Assembly: GCA_965222225.1 (NCBI GenBank)
Contig: CBDCTK010000002.1
Span: forward strand, 4,288,001-4,352,000
From: Candidatus Poribacteria bacterium
GTDB lineage: Bacteria > Poribacteria > WGA-4E > JAJDTR01
Direction of reading: 5' to 3'
DNA: 64,000 nt
The notes beneath the pieces were generated by a model. The model searched no databases and had not been told where the DNA came from. It saw only the letters and a program-made list of their open reading frames with translations. Numbering within the stretch: the stretch's first letter is position 1; each line of letters opens with the position of its first letter. This document shows, in pieces, positions 30,852 through 41,124 of this stretch. A program made the translations under genes and the position numbers.

Positions 30852-31360
30852 TCATAGCCCTTCCATACTCACCCATGTCGATCCTTTGGCACAAGACTCT
30901 ACCGCTTTATAGATGAACCGCATGCCTCGGAGGCCATCATAAACCGTCGGAAAGTCATACTCCTCGCTCTCGACAGAGGTCTGCCATCAATGCGTCGCCG
31001 TATCGCCTCAACGACACCCACGTAAATGGTAGCGAAATCCTCCAAGTACCCTTCCGGATGTCCGGGTGGGATACGTGCGCTCACGACCGCCGCTTCAGAA
31101 AGATACCCCTGGCCGCGAGTAAGTGTCTGCCTCGGCTTGCCATAACGATAGAGTTCAAGATAGTTTGGAGTCTCGTGGCCCACTTAATCGCCCCCTTTTC
31201 GTCGTACACGCGGAGCGTCAGTCCATTTTCTTTACCGGTAGCTGCCTGGCTGATAGTGAGCACGCCCTTCCCGCCTCCCTCAAAGGTGCACACCGCCGAT
31301 AAATGCAACCTGGCCACTGCCAACCATGTCCATTCGTAATCTGCGGTTCCAAGAGTCCAT
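30852..31360 (-). pseudogene. Gfo/Idh/MocA pseudogene with a large internal deletion and frameshifts
   Basis: RBS GGAGGA + MDSWNRRLRMDMVGSGQVAFIGGVH joined out of frame at (G)TGCACC to CTFEGGGKGVLTISQAATGKENGL, then GHPEGYLEDF and DFPTVYDGLRGMRFI...GSTWV in shifting frames. Confidence 0.85.
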
Positions 31361-31422
31361 TGATTTTCCTCCGTAAAAAGCAATACATCCGGGTGGTCCC
31401 TACCTCCCATCTAGTCTCTAAC

Positions 31423-32475
31423 TCATCCGCCCAAACCAAGAATTTTTCGATTGCGCTCAAGATTCACCTCGCCTCCCGCAAAGTCATCAAAGGCTACTTC
31501 GGTAGTTTCAATGATGTGATCGGAAATAAAGGGTGCGCCTTCCGCCGCCCCCTGCGCGGGGCTTTTCACGCAACATTCCCACTCAAGTGTAGCCCAACCT
31601 TCATAGCCGGCCTCCGACAAGAGCGTGAAAACTCGCCTAAAATCGACTTGGCCGTCACCCAGCGAACGGAACCGACCTGCGCGTCCCGCCCACGACTGAT
31701 ATCCTCCATAAACACCCACTCGCCCCGTTGGTCGGAACTCAGCATCCTTGACGTGAAATCCCTTTACGCGTTCGCCATAAAGCCTGATAAATTCGAGGTA
31801 GTCCAGTTGTTGCAGCAGAAGATGGCTCGGATCGTAATTCAGGCAGGCTGCCGGGTGGTTGTCCGTGAAATCGAGAAACATTTCGTACGTAGCGCCATCA
31901 TATATGTCCGAGCCGGGGTGTAACTCGTACGCGAATACAGTTCCGTTGTCATGTGCCAAATCGAGAAGCGGGCGCCACCGCTTAGCCAATTCCTTGAACG
32001 CTTCGTCAATAATCCCCTCGGGGCGTTGAGGCCACGGATAAACCATGTGCCATGCGAACCCGCCGGATAGCGCCGGGATGACATCGGTGCCCATGTTGAC
32101 CGAGGCGTAAACGCATTTCTTTAATTCTCCCGATGCCCATTCGGTTCTGGCATCACCCTTCAAGCCCTCTGGATGGAACATTTCAAACATGACCTCGTAA
32201 GCCGGATGCACCGCGAGAACCTGTCCCGCGAGATAGCCTCCTAACTCCGATGGCTCAAGCCCAATTTCTTTTAATTTGCCCTTATAATCATCACAGTACG
32301 TTTTCGATTGCGCCGCCCGGTCAAGATCGATAATCCGCTTGTCCCACGTCGGGATTTGTACACCTACGTATCCCAAACCTGCGACCCATCGTCCAATGTT
32401 TTCGATGTTATTGTACGGTTTTTCATCTCTCATAAACTGGGCAAGCAGTATGGCTGGGCCCTTCATCTTCGGCAT
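31423..32475 (-). CDS. Sugar phosphate isomerase/epimerase (xylose isomerase-like TIM barrel)
   Basis: GPAILLAQF, YELHPG, NYDPSH, FHVKDAE, LEWEC. Confidence 0.9.
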   Translation of the reverse strand: MPKMKGPAILLAQFMRDEKPYNNIENIGRWVAGLGYVGVQIPTWDKRIIDLDRAAQSKTYCDDYKGKLKEIGLEPSELGGYLAGQVLAVHPAYEVMFEMFHPEGLKGDARTEWASGELKKCVYASVNMGTDVIPALSGGFAWHMVYPWPQRPEGIIDEAFKELAKRWRPLLDLAHDNGTVFAYELHPGSDIYDGATYEMFLDFTDNHPAACLNYDPSHLLLQQLDYLEFIRLYGERVKGFHVKDAEFRPTGRVGVYGGYQSWAGRAGRFRSLGDGQVDFRRVFTLLSEAGYEGWATLEWECCVKSPAQGAAEGAPFISDHIIETTEVAFDDFAGGEVNLERNRKILGLGG

Positions 32476-32540
32476 GGCTTATTCATCACTCCTATTTAGT
32501 AGATTGTTCAGACAAGGGGCTAATATTTCCCACGCGAGCT

Positions 32541-32569
32541 AGTATATCACTCGAGAAGTGCCCTGTCAA
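32541..32569 (-). promoter_or_regulatory. Sigma70 promoter
   Basis: Minus strand TTGACA, 17 bp spacer, TATACT upstream of the isomerase. Confidence 0.7.
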
Positions 32570-33024
32570 ACTTGGCGGTTGCGACCAAAACGAAATCACC
32601 ACCGATTCTGACGGAACAGATATACCTCACATTTCCCACCTAGTCTGGCGCAGCTTTCCCTTGTGGCGGGAGCCGCGCACGACTCTTGATTTGCGATGTG
32701 CCTTCATCCCCGTACCCCACTTTCTTTGTGGTTACAGTTTCACATTTTTCTTCCGCCAACTAGCTGGCTGTGCTATAATCGGGATTAGATGCTTCGGAAA
32801 CTTGCGACGCTATAGTAAAGGACGGAACTTCATGTGAAGTGATCTCGGAGCGAGAATATAGGCGGATTGTTGTACCGAGTTTACACTCTAACATTTCGCT
32901 TGGCGCGGACCTACGCGCGAACGATTCGGGACAGAATACCGGCGAATTTAGGTGTTTTGGACGTTCAATTGGCTCACGCTTGCGGTTCTTTGCCCAAGTC
33001 TCAACGATATCAAAGGATTAGAGA

Positions 33025-33876
33025 ATGGCAGACCAAAGTTTTAGACTTACAGAATACCAGATTAACTTTTTTGACGTTTTCGGCTACCTTAGTTTCCCCG
33101 GGTTAGTTGCCGACCGAATAGAAGAACTTCAACAAGAGTTCGAGAACGTTTGGGCGGAGCGCGGCGGTGGACATGACGGCAATCCGCATGCGGGCAACGC
33201 CCGCTCATGCATTGTACCCTTCATTGATCAAAGCGAAGTGCTCTGCACGCTGCTTGATGATTACCGAATTCTTGCTATCGCCAAAACAGTGCTGGGCGAC
33301 GATTTCAACTACATGGGAAGCGATGGAAACTTTTATGTCGGTGATACAGGCTGGCACTCTGACGGAGCACATGGTCCCGGCGACCCAATGCACATCAAAA
33401 TCGCATTCTACCTCGATACCCTGACTGGGGACACGGGTTCCTTACGAGTTATCCCCGGGAGTCATCGATTGGGAGACCATTATGCGGACGCCCTTAGTGG
33501 GCAAATCAAGCAGAGCCAAGATCTATGGGGCATTCACGGGCGTGATGTTCCCGCCACTATCTTCAACACCCAACCGGGAGATGTTGTGGTGTTCAATCAC
33601 AACTGCAAACACGCGGCATTTGGCGGCGGGGGTCGCCGCCGTATGTTCACTATGAACCTGTGTCAGCGGCACCCTGAGGACCGTCTACAAGATTTGCGCA
33701 ACTACATTAGTGGCGGCGCCCGCTTCTGGATTGAACGCGTCTATGGAGAGAAAATGGTGAAAACCGCAGGGCCCGGGCGTATGCAACACCTTGAACAGGT
33801 GATGGCAAACGATGGACACCTTGCCGAAATGTCGCGTCAGGCGCGGGCCAAAATGGACGAACCCTCACGTGGTTGA
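33025..33876 (+). CDS. PhyH family dioxygenase
   Basis: FFDVFGYL, WHSD, GSLRVIPGSH, FNHNCKHAAFGG, RRRMFTMN. Confidence 0.9.
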   Translation: MADQSFRLTEYQINFFDVFGYLSFPGLVADRIEELQQEFENVWAERGGGHDGNPHAGNARSCIVPFIDQSEVLCTLLDDYRILAIAKTVLGDDFNYMGSDGNFYVGDTGWHSDGAHGPGDPMHIKIAFYLDTLTGDTGSLRVIPGSHRLGDHYADALSGQIKQSQDLWGIHGRDVPATIFNTQPGDVVVFNHNCKHAAFGGGGRRRMFTMNLCQRHPEDRLQDLRNYISGGARFWIERVYGEKMVKTAGPGRMQHLEQVMANDGHLAEMSRQARAKMDEPSRG

Positions 33877-33920
33877 CAATTCCTGTTCCATACGCCTATG
33901 TCTTACCAGTTATTCATGTA

Positions 33921-34826
33921 ATGACGCAACGAGATAATAGCAACGACAATATTGAAGCTGACTACACTCCGATCGTCGCCGACAATGAGCCGACTCGGTT
34001 TCTACACGAAAGCCCGATTGAGATAGTTTGCCCGGTTGAATTCACCAATCCTCCCGAATATGCCTTGTTCGACTTTGATGGCACGTTGAGCCTCGTACGC
34101 GAGGGGTGGATGGACGTGATGATCCCGATGATGGTCACGGTTCTGCTTGAAACGGGAACCCAGGAATCACGAGATCAGTTGCACAGCCTTGTTTACAAAT
34201 TTGTGACCGAGCTAACGGGCAAGCAAACAATCTATCAGATGATTCGATTGAAGGAGGAAGTAGCACTTCGCGGAGGGAATCCGGCAGATCCTCTTGAGTA
34301 CAAACATGAGTATCACAACCGCTTGATGGAGCGCATAAACTCGCGGCGAGAAGGTCTCCGGACTGGTCGAAATACGCCTACTGATATGCTTGTCCCCGGA
34401 AGTTTGGATTTGCTTAACGCTCTCGAACAGAAGGGCGTAAAAATGTATCTCGCAAGCGGCACCGACGAAGGCTACGTACGCGAGGAAGCTGCGTTGCTGG
34501 AAATCGACTCGTACTTTGGGGAAAATATCTACGGCGCCATTGATGATTACCAGTCATTTTCAAAAGCACACGTCATTCGTAGCATTCTCAACAATGAGAA
34601 TGTTGTGCCTTCCAAGCTCGTGGGTTTCGGCGACGGATACGTCGAAATCCTGAACGTGAAAGAGGCAGGGGGTACAGCAGTCGGTGTCGCAAGCGACGAA
34701 TCCGGGCGCAGCGGCAAACCCGATAGTTGGAAACGTGAAAGACTAATCGGGGTCGGAGCCGATTTGATCGTGCCAGACTTTCGCCACCACGAAGATTTGG
34801 TTGAATACCTTTGGCCGTCCCGTTAA
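33921..34826 (+). CDS. HAD superfamily phosphatase
   Basis: FDFDGTLS (motif I), LASGT (II), K (III), GFGDGYVE (IV). Start uncertain. Confidence 0.85.
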   Translation: MTQRDNSNDNIEADYTPIVADNEPTRFLHESPIEIVCPVEFTNPPEYALFDFDGTLSLVREGWMDVMIPMMVTVLLETGTQESRDQLHSLVYKFVTELTGKQTIYQMIRLKEEVALRGGNPADPLEYKHEYHNRLMERINSRREGLRTGRNTPTDMLVPGSLDLLNALEQKGVKMYLASGTDEGYVREEAALLEIDSYFGENIYGAIDDYQSFSKAHVIRSILNNENVVPSKLVGFGDGYVEILNVKEAGGTAVGVASDESGRSGKPDSWKRERLIGVGADLIVPDFRHHEDLVEYLWPSR

Positions 34827-34976
34827 TTTGATACCTCGGTGCGGCCTCGTTCCGCCTAGCCTGAAGGTAACACATAAGAGGATAGATAATCGCGATCGCT
34901 TTTGAGCACATGCTCCAGCGAGCAGTAAAGTAAAGTTGATAGAAAACGTCCACCAATACACAACTCGGAGAAAGCC

Positions 34977-36044
34977 ATGAAAGCAGCAGTGTTTTACCAA
35001 CCCAATGTTCCCGTGTCCATTGAGGAGCTCGAAATTGAAGCGCCGCGCACAGGCGAAGTCCTAATTGACATTGTGGGCGCGGGTGTTTGTCACAGCGATT
35101 ACCACTTCGTGGATGGCCACGTAAAACGTGAGGTAACACCATGGGTCATGGGTCATGAAGGCGCAGGCGTGGTCTCAGAGATCGGTCCTGGTGTCACCAG
35201 CCTCACCCCCGGCGACAAGGTCATTCTCTCCCTCGACGCAATGTGTGGTTACTGCCGCAACTGCAGCCAAGGGAGTCCCGCACTGTGTGAGACACATCCA
35301 GATGTCCCTGTCAGTCGCATGAAGAAGAATGGGCAACCGATTTACCACATCAGGCCAACATTTGTGGAGCAGACCATAGCCCTGGCCAATGCCTGCGTCA
35401 AAGTTCCAAGCGATACTCCATTAGAAAAGACGTGTCTCATTAGCTGCGCAGTTATTACCGGTATAGGCGCGGTCGTAAACAGGGCGAAAGTCGAAACGGG
35501 AGCCACGATGGCCGTATTCGGTTGCGGCGGCGTCGGACTCAATGCCATTCAAGGCGGCGTCTTGGCGTCTGCGGGAAAAATCATCGCCGTTGACAAAGTT
35601 CCGTACAAGTTGGAGCTAGCTGAACAATTCGGTGCTACTCATTTTGTCAATGCTGCCAACGAGGACCCCGTCCAGAGAATCAAGGAGATAACGGGCGGTG
35701 GTGCAGACTACGCCTTTGAAGTTGTCGGCTTCCCTGCCTTAGTTCGACAGGCAATCGACTCGGTTCGCACAACCGGGACGGCTGTTGTGGTCGGCGTGCA
35801 GCCGACGGGTCAAGATGTTTCTGTTGACGGCTGGCACCTATTGCTGGACCGTACTTTAATGGGAGGTTGGCACGGCGCAGCGCGGGCTCGGGTTGACTTT
35901 CTTTGGCTGCTCGACCTCTACAACCAAGGGAAAATAAAACTCGACGAATTAATTTCGCGCTACCGGCCACTGGACGAACTCAACGAGGCATTTGATGACA
36001 TGAACCAAGGCAAGGTCGCGCGCAGTGTAATCGTATTTGACTGA
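34977..36044 (+). CDS. Zn-dependent alcohol dehydrogenase (class III-like MDR)
   Basis: GVCHSD, GHEG, C-x2-C-x2-C-x7-C, GCGGVG. Confidence 0.92.
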   Translation: MKAAVFYQPNVPVSIEELEIEAPRTGEVLIDIVGAGVCHSDYHFVDGHVKREVTPWVMGHEGAGVVSEIGPGVTSLTPGDKVILSLDAMCGYCRNCSQGSPALCETHPDVPVSRMKKNGQPIYHIRPTFVEQTIALANACVKVPSDTPLEKTCLISCAVITGIGAVVNRAKVETGATMAVFGCGGVGLNAIQGGVLASAGKIIAVDKVPYKLELAEQFGATHFVNAANEDPVQRIKEITGGGADYAFEVVGFPALVRQAIDSVRTTGTAVVVGVQPTGQDVSVDGWHLLLDRTLMGGWHGAARARVDFLWLLDLYNQGKIKLDELISRYRPLDELNEAFDDMNQGKVARSVIVFD

Positions 36045-36123
36045 TTAGTTTGTAGTAGTGCAATTCAACCCGCGTGCAGGTGAAAGCCTTGACTACAATC
36101 CGTGAAGTTTTGCGCGTTCAAAT

Positions 36124-36158
36124 TCTCTGACCACTGGCTACTAACCACTGACCACTGT
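36124..36158 (+). repeat. Short tandem heptamer repeat (5 degenerate CCACTGA units)
   Basis: TCTCTGA CCACTGG CTACTAA CCACTGA CCACTGT just upstream of ATG 36167. Confidence 0.55.
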
Positions 36159-36166
36159 TTTTCCAC

Positions 36167-37282
36167 ATGCCTTTTCCCCAATTAGATCGCTTTGCTGTCC
36201 GCATGCAGCCGCTTTCAGCGAGGATAAACAAGAAGCACATCGTGCGCGACCATGTCCCTGCCGATGCTGAACCGAAGCAGTTGAGTACAACTGCTCAATC
36301 GTTGATTAGCGAATGCGCAGAGCGTGTAAGGGAGGCTCGACGACAAGATCGTCCGGTGATTATTGCCTTCGGTGCCCATGCCATCAAAAATGGACTCGCA
36401 CCCGTTTTCTTGCGTCTGATAGAGGGCGGATGGGTCACCCATTTGGCGACCAACGGCGCCGGGATTATCCACGACTGGGAGTTTGCATTTCAAGGCAAGA
36501 GTTGCGAAGATGTAGCACTCATGGTGCAGCAGGGGCGGTTCGGCAACTGGGAAGAAACCGGATTCTATATCAACCTTGCGCTCAACGTTGGCGCTTATGA
36601 AGGCAAGGGATATGGAGAATCAGTCGGTGCCCTGATTCAGAACGAGGGGTTATCCATTCCGGCAGCTGACGAATTGGAGAGTTTTGTCCGGGGCGAGATT
36701 GCCCAACAGCCCGAGGCGGTAGCCGGTGCTGCCGATCTGCTTGGAGTACTGCAGAAATTTGACCTTCCGAGCGGTGCGTTAAACATTCCCCATCCGTGGA
36801 AAAAATTCAGTATTCAAGCAGGCGCCTTCCGTCACGGCATCCCATTCACCGGTCACCCCATGATTGGACACGACATCATCTATAACCATCCGATGAATTG
36901 CTGTGCCAGTCTCGGTCGAGCCGCTCAACGCGATTTTTTGACCTTCGCCGAAAGCGTCAGCCGTTTGAATGGTGGCGTTTATATATCTGTCGGCTCGGCA
37001 ATCATGAGCCCAATGATTTTCGAGAAATCGCTATCTATGGCGCAGAATCTAGCTATCCAGAACGGCGGATACATCAACGACCATTTCATCTTGGTGAACG
37101 ATCTCGCCGAGTCAGATTGGGATTGGTCACAAGGAGAGCCGCCGGAAGAAAATCCCGCCTACTATTTGAGGTACAACAAGACATTTAGCAGGATGGGCGG
37201 GACAATGCGATATCTTCAAGCAGACAACCGAGACTTCCTACTCGCTCTGTTGCGGCAACTCACAAGGGGGGTTAATACTTGA
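36167..37282 (+). CDS. Hypothetical protein with deoxyhypusine-synthase-like fold (GSU2086-like)
   Basis: FGAHAIKNGL, HLATNGAGIIHDWE, EDV, TGHPMIGHDI, GSAIMSPMIFEKSLSMAQN. Confidence 0.6.
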   Translation: MPFPQLDRFAVRMQPLSARINKKHIVRDHVPADAEPKQLSTTAQSLISECAERVREARRQDRPVIIAFGAHAIKNGLAPVFLRLIEGGWVTHLATNGAGIIHDWEFAFQGKSCEDVALMVQQGRFGNWEETGFYINLALNVGAYEGKGYGESVGALIQNEGLSIPAADELESFVRGEIAQQPEAVAGAADLLGVLQKFDLPSGALNIPHPWKKFSIQAGAFRHGIPFTGHPMIGHDIIYNHPMNCCASLGRAAQRDFLTFAESVSRLNGGVYISVGSAIMSPMIFEKSLSMAQNLAIQNGGYINDHFILVNDLAESDWDWSQGEPPEENPAYYLRYNKTFSRMGGTMRYLQADNRDFLLALLRQLTRGVNT

Positions 37283-38331
37283 ATACCGCATTACTATCCC
37301 AAGATCGACTTCATCAACTCATCAAACGCTTCGACAGTTGTCGCATTGCCGTGCTAGGCGATTTCTTTCTGGACAAATACTTAGACACGGATCCGACGCT
37401 TGTGGAAACCAGTGTTGAAACCGGCAAAGAAGCTCATCAAGTCGTTAGTATCCGTTGCAGTCCGGGCGCCGCCGGAACGGTCATCAATAACCTAGCCGCC
37501 CTAAATCCGGGGGTACTCCATGCTATTGGCATCACCGGCGACGACGGTGAAGCCTTTGAATTGCGGCGCGGACTGGCTGCACGCAACTGTACCACCGATC
37601 GTCTAATCAGGTCGCCTTCGCACAACACGCCCACATACCTCAAGCCGAGAAATAACTCGATCCCGGGTTTAGCCGGAGAAATATGCCGCTATGACACAAA
37701 AAACCGAGATGTCATGTCTCCTGAACTAGAAATGCGACTTGTTGGGGCGCTTGACGTGCTCCTGCCAGAGCTTGACGCCGTAATCATTTTGGACCAGGTT
37801 GAGGAGGCCGTAGGCGGCGTGCTTTCTACCGCCATTCGTGATGCCGCCATTGAGCGCGCTAGGCGCTTTCCGGGAGTTGTCTTCTGGGTGGATAGCCGAG
37901 AGCGCGTCCACGATTTCCGACGCATGACGCTAAAATCAAATGAATACGAAGTCCTCGGCATGAAACAACCTCCGCCGGGAACAACGGTTGACTTGAATCA
38001 AGTATATGATGAAGCGCGAATACTCCGGCAGAAAAACGGCGCACCGGTCGTTGTCACGTGCGGCGACAAGGGCGTCTTAATTAGCGATCCCGAATGGATG
38101 TGGGTGCCATGTGTACAAATAGACGGCGAAATTGATGCCACCGGGGCTGGGGATAGTTTCAACGCCGGAGCCACCCTTGCTCTTGCCGCCGGCGCTTCCC
38201 TCGCCGAAGCCATGGTCGTCGCCCACCTCGTCGCATCAATTACCATCCAACAACTCGCTACGACCGGCGTCGCGCGCCCGGACCAGTTACCGGACCGATT
38301 AAGTCTTTGGATTCAGCAGCAAAAGGAATAA
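37279..38331 (+). CDS. PfkB-family kinase resembling the HldE/RfaE kinase domain
   Basis: IAVLGDFFLDKY, SPGAAGTVINNL, IDATGAGDSF. No adenylyltransferase domain. Confidence 0.8.
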   Translation: MNTALLSQDRLHQLIKRFDSCRIAVLGDFFLDKYLDTDPTLVETSVETGKEAHQVVSIRCSPGAAGTVINNLAALNPGVLHAIGITGDDGEAFELRRGLAARNCTTDRLIRSPSHNTPTYLKPRNNSIPGLAGEICRYDTKNRDVMSPELEMRLVGALDVLLPELDAVIILDQVEEAVGGVLSTAIRDAAIERARRFPGVVFWVDSRERVHDFRRMTLKSNEYEVLGMKQPPPGTTVDLNQVYDEARILRQKNGAPVVVTCGDKGVLISDPEWMWVPCVQIDGEIDATGAGDSFNAGATLALAAGASLAEAMVVAHLVASITIQQLATTGVARPDQLPDRLSLWIQQQKE

Positions 38332-38335
38332 CAGT

Positions 38336-38905
38336 ATGGATAAACCGTCATTTGCTTTCCAATACCTTGATTCTCTCTCAGGTGTCCTCCGGGCAATCGA
38401 TGCCTCCCAAGTCCAGCACGCAGTTGAAACTTTGCGAGATGCACGCGACCGAGGAAGCACTATCTACTCGTGCGGCAACGGCGGGAGCGCAAGCATCGCT
38501 TCACAGATGGTTGTTGATCTCGTGAAAGGTGGCTCCTACGGCAAGCAGACCCGTCGTATCAAGATGATTGGACTAACCGATAGCATTTCCACGATAACCG
38601 CCTACGCCAACGATGTGAGTTATGATTCGGTGTTTGTGGAGCAACTCAAGAACTGGGCAACCCCCGGCGACGTTCTCATCGCCATTAGCGGTAGCGGCAA
38701 CAGCCAAAATGTGTTGAGTGCCGTTGAATACGCCAACGACTGCGGCGTGATCACCATTGCGTGCACCACCGCCGAAGGTGGAAAACTCAAGGATCTCGCC
38801 CGTGTCCCACTCCTCGTCCCGTCCTCACACATGGGTCACCTCGAAGATTGTTTTTTCGCTATGACGCACGTTCTTTGCTACGCATTCATTGAAGATCGGG
38901 TGTAA
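38336..38905 (+). CDS. gmhA: Phosphoheptose isomerase-like SIS domain protein
   Basis: CGNGGSA, ITAYAND..YD.VF..Q, DVLIAISGSGNSQNV, ED..F..TH. Confidence 0.8.
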   Translation: MDKPSFAFQYLDSLSGVLRAIDASQVQHAVETLRDARDRGSTIYSCGNGGSASIASQMVVDLVKGGSYGKQTRRIKMIGLTDSISTITAYANDVSYDSVFVEQLKNWATPGDVLIAISGSGNSQNVLSAVEYANDCGVITIACTTAEGGKLKDLARVPLLVPSSHMGHLEDCFFAMTHVLCYAFIEDRV

Positions 38906-39022
38906 CATGCACGGGAGAATGTCGCTTGTACAGAAACGGTCTCTGCGCTATACAACACGAGCGACGTGCAATACCTACTTCAGATGCGCGGTGCACATAC
39001 TGGAGTGAATGAGGTCATCTGC

Positions 39023-40963
39023 ATGATAAGAAAAAGCCTGCCTCTTTTTAGTTTTAGTCTAATTTTGGTATCTGTTCTGTTCTTACAAGACATTTCCGCG
39101 CAGGATCCTACCCAGTTGGGACTACCCGAAGGTGCGAGAGCGCGACTCGGTAAGGGTCAAATATCTGGAAATATTGCATTCTCGGCGGATGGGGCGCGAC
39201 TAGCGGTGGCAGGTAGCATCGGTATTTGGGTGTATAATGCGGACACCGGCGCCGAAATCACCCTGCTCGCCGGGCACAAAGCACCTGTCAGCTCTGTTGC
39301 TTACTCTTTCAATGGTACTACGCTTGTCAGTGGAAGTGACGAGGATAACTCAATTCGTATGTTGGATGCGCGTAATGGAGAACTCAAGAAGACCATTAAG
39401 GATAAGAAGACTCATCAATGGCATAATAAGAATTCCATGGCAATCTCCCCAGATGGGACCACGCTTGCCTATGGATCCTATAAAGAAATTCATTTGTGGG
39501 ATGTGCACATTGGACAATACAAGAAAACCCTTCAAGGACACACAAATGACGTCACTTCCCTAGCGTTCTCTCCTGATGGCCGTACGCTTGCTAGCGGAGG
39601 AGACAGAACGATCCGGTTGTGGAATGTACAAACGGGAGAACACAAGAAGACCATTCCAGGGCATATACTTACGGTCGGTTCCGTGGCGTTTTCCCCTGAT
39701 GGCCATACGCTTGCTAGCGGAGGATACAGAACGATTCGGCTGTGGAATGCCCAAACTGCGGAACACGTGCGGACGCTAGAAGGACATACCAGTAGCGTTT
39801 CGTCCGTTGCTTTCTCTCCGGATGGTCTTACGCTTGCCAGTGGCAGTTGGGACTCGACGATACGGTTGTGGAATGTCTCTTCTGGCGGACACCAGCGAAC
39901 GCTTAAGGGACACGGGGATAGTATTACATCGGTTGTGTTTTCTCCTAATGGTGTCACGCTTGCCAGCGCAAGTAGAGACAACACTGTTCGGTTGTGGGAT
40001 GCGCGTACTGGAGAACACAAACACACCCTTGAAGGGTATATGGGTGGCGTGAAATCCGTAGCGTTTTCGCCTCATGGGTATATGCTTGCCAGCGGGAATG
40101 GCGACAACACGATTCGGTTATGGGATGCCCGAACTAGGGAACACAAACGAAGCTTTAAGGGGCATACAGATGCCGTCTCGACTGTAGCGTTTTCCCCCGA
40201 TGGTTTCACGCTTGCTAGTGGGAGTTGGGACTCGACGACACGGTTGTGGGGCGCCTATACCGGGGAACACAAACGCACGCTTAAGGGTCATACCGGTCGT
40301 GTCACGTCCGTTGCGTTTTCTCCTAGTGGTTTAACGATTGCGAGCGGGAGTACTGGGAATCACATTGAGAAAGACGACACGATTCGGTTGTGGAACGTCC
40401 AAACTGGCGAACACCGGCACACGCTTAAGGGGCATAGGCTCGGTGTATCGTCGGTTGTTTTTTCGCCCGACGGTTTAACAATAGCTAGTGGAAGTGCAGA
40501 TGCGACGATTCGGTTATGGGATTCTCACACTGGGAAACACATCCGGACCCTTAATGGGCACACGGATTTTGTTCTTGGTGTTGCATTCTCTCCCGATGGA
40601 AGCACCCTTGCAAGTGTTGCAGGTTTAGACCGTAGCATTTGGTTGTGGGATGCCCACACAGGCCAACGTAAGCGGAGCCTTGAGGTCCCTACGGGTGTGG
40701 TCAGATCTGTTGCGATTTCCCCCGATAGCCGTATACTTGCAAGTGGATTTGCAGCCATGCCCGATCTATCGTACGACACCGCGATCCGATTGTGGGACGC
40801 GGAGACGGGAAAACACCTTCAGACGCTTGAAGGACATACAGATAGTGTCCATTCCGTCGCGTTTTCCGTAGACGGTCGGACGCTTGCAAGTGGAAGTTGG
40901 GATGGGACCATTCTGCTGTGGGACTTGGCAGCCGACAAGAACGTACTCGGAATTATGCAGTAA
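39023..40963 (+). CDS. Secreted WD40 repeat protein
   Basis: Signal peptide, GLPEGARARLGKG, about 14 repeats of GH...V.SVAFSPDG.TLASGS.D.TIRLWD. Confidence 0.92.
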   Translation: MIRKSLPLFSFSLILVSVLFLQDISAQDPTQLGLPEGARARLGKGQISGNIAFSADGARLAVAGSIGIWVYNADTGAEITLLAGHKAPVSSVAYSFNGTTLVSGSDEDNSIRMLDARNGELKKTIKDKKTHQWHNKNSMAISPDGTTLAYGSYKEIHLWDVHIGQYKKTLQGHTNDVTSLAFSPDGRTLASGGDRTIRLWNVQTGEHKKTIPGHILTVGSVAFSPDGHTLASGGYRTIRLWNAQTAEHVRTLEGHTSSVSSVAFSPDGLTLASGSWDSTIRLWNVSSGGHQRTLKGHGDSITSVVFSPNGVTLASASRDNTVRLWDARTGEHKHTLEGYMGGVKSVAFSPHGYMLASGNGDNTIRLWDARTREHKRSFKGHTDAVSTVAFSPDGFTLASGSWDSTTRLWGAYTGEHKRTLKGHTGRVTSVAFSPSGLTIASGSTGNHIEKDDTIRLWNVQTGEHRHTLKGHRLGVSSVVFSPDGLTIASGSADATIRLWDSHTGKHIRTLNGHTDFVLGVAFSPDGSTLASVAGLDRSIWLWDAHTGQRKRSLEVPTGVVRSVAISPDSRILASGFAAMPDLSYDTAIRLWDAETGKHLQTLEGHTDSVHSVAFSVDGRTLASGSWDGTILLWDLAADKNVLGIMQ

Positions 40964-41043
40964 ACATTCTAGGACTGCGTAAGAGCTTGTTTTGAAGATA
41001 GATAACAAAGCCTTTTTTGGGCATTCGAGTGCTATTACCTGTG

Positions 41044-41112
41044 GAATCTCTATCGCACGGAATTTTCTATCGCGCTCATTATTCATTTGCTTGATCGCAG
41101 TGCACATCCTAC
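41044..41112 (+). repeat. Partial plus full 35-bp module followed by a REP arm
   Basis: GAATCTCTATCGCA, then GGAATTTTCTATCGCGCTCATTATTCATTTGCTTGATC, then GCAGTGCACATCCTAC. Confidence 0.75.
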
Positions 41113-41124
41113 AGGATAGTGCAT

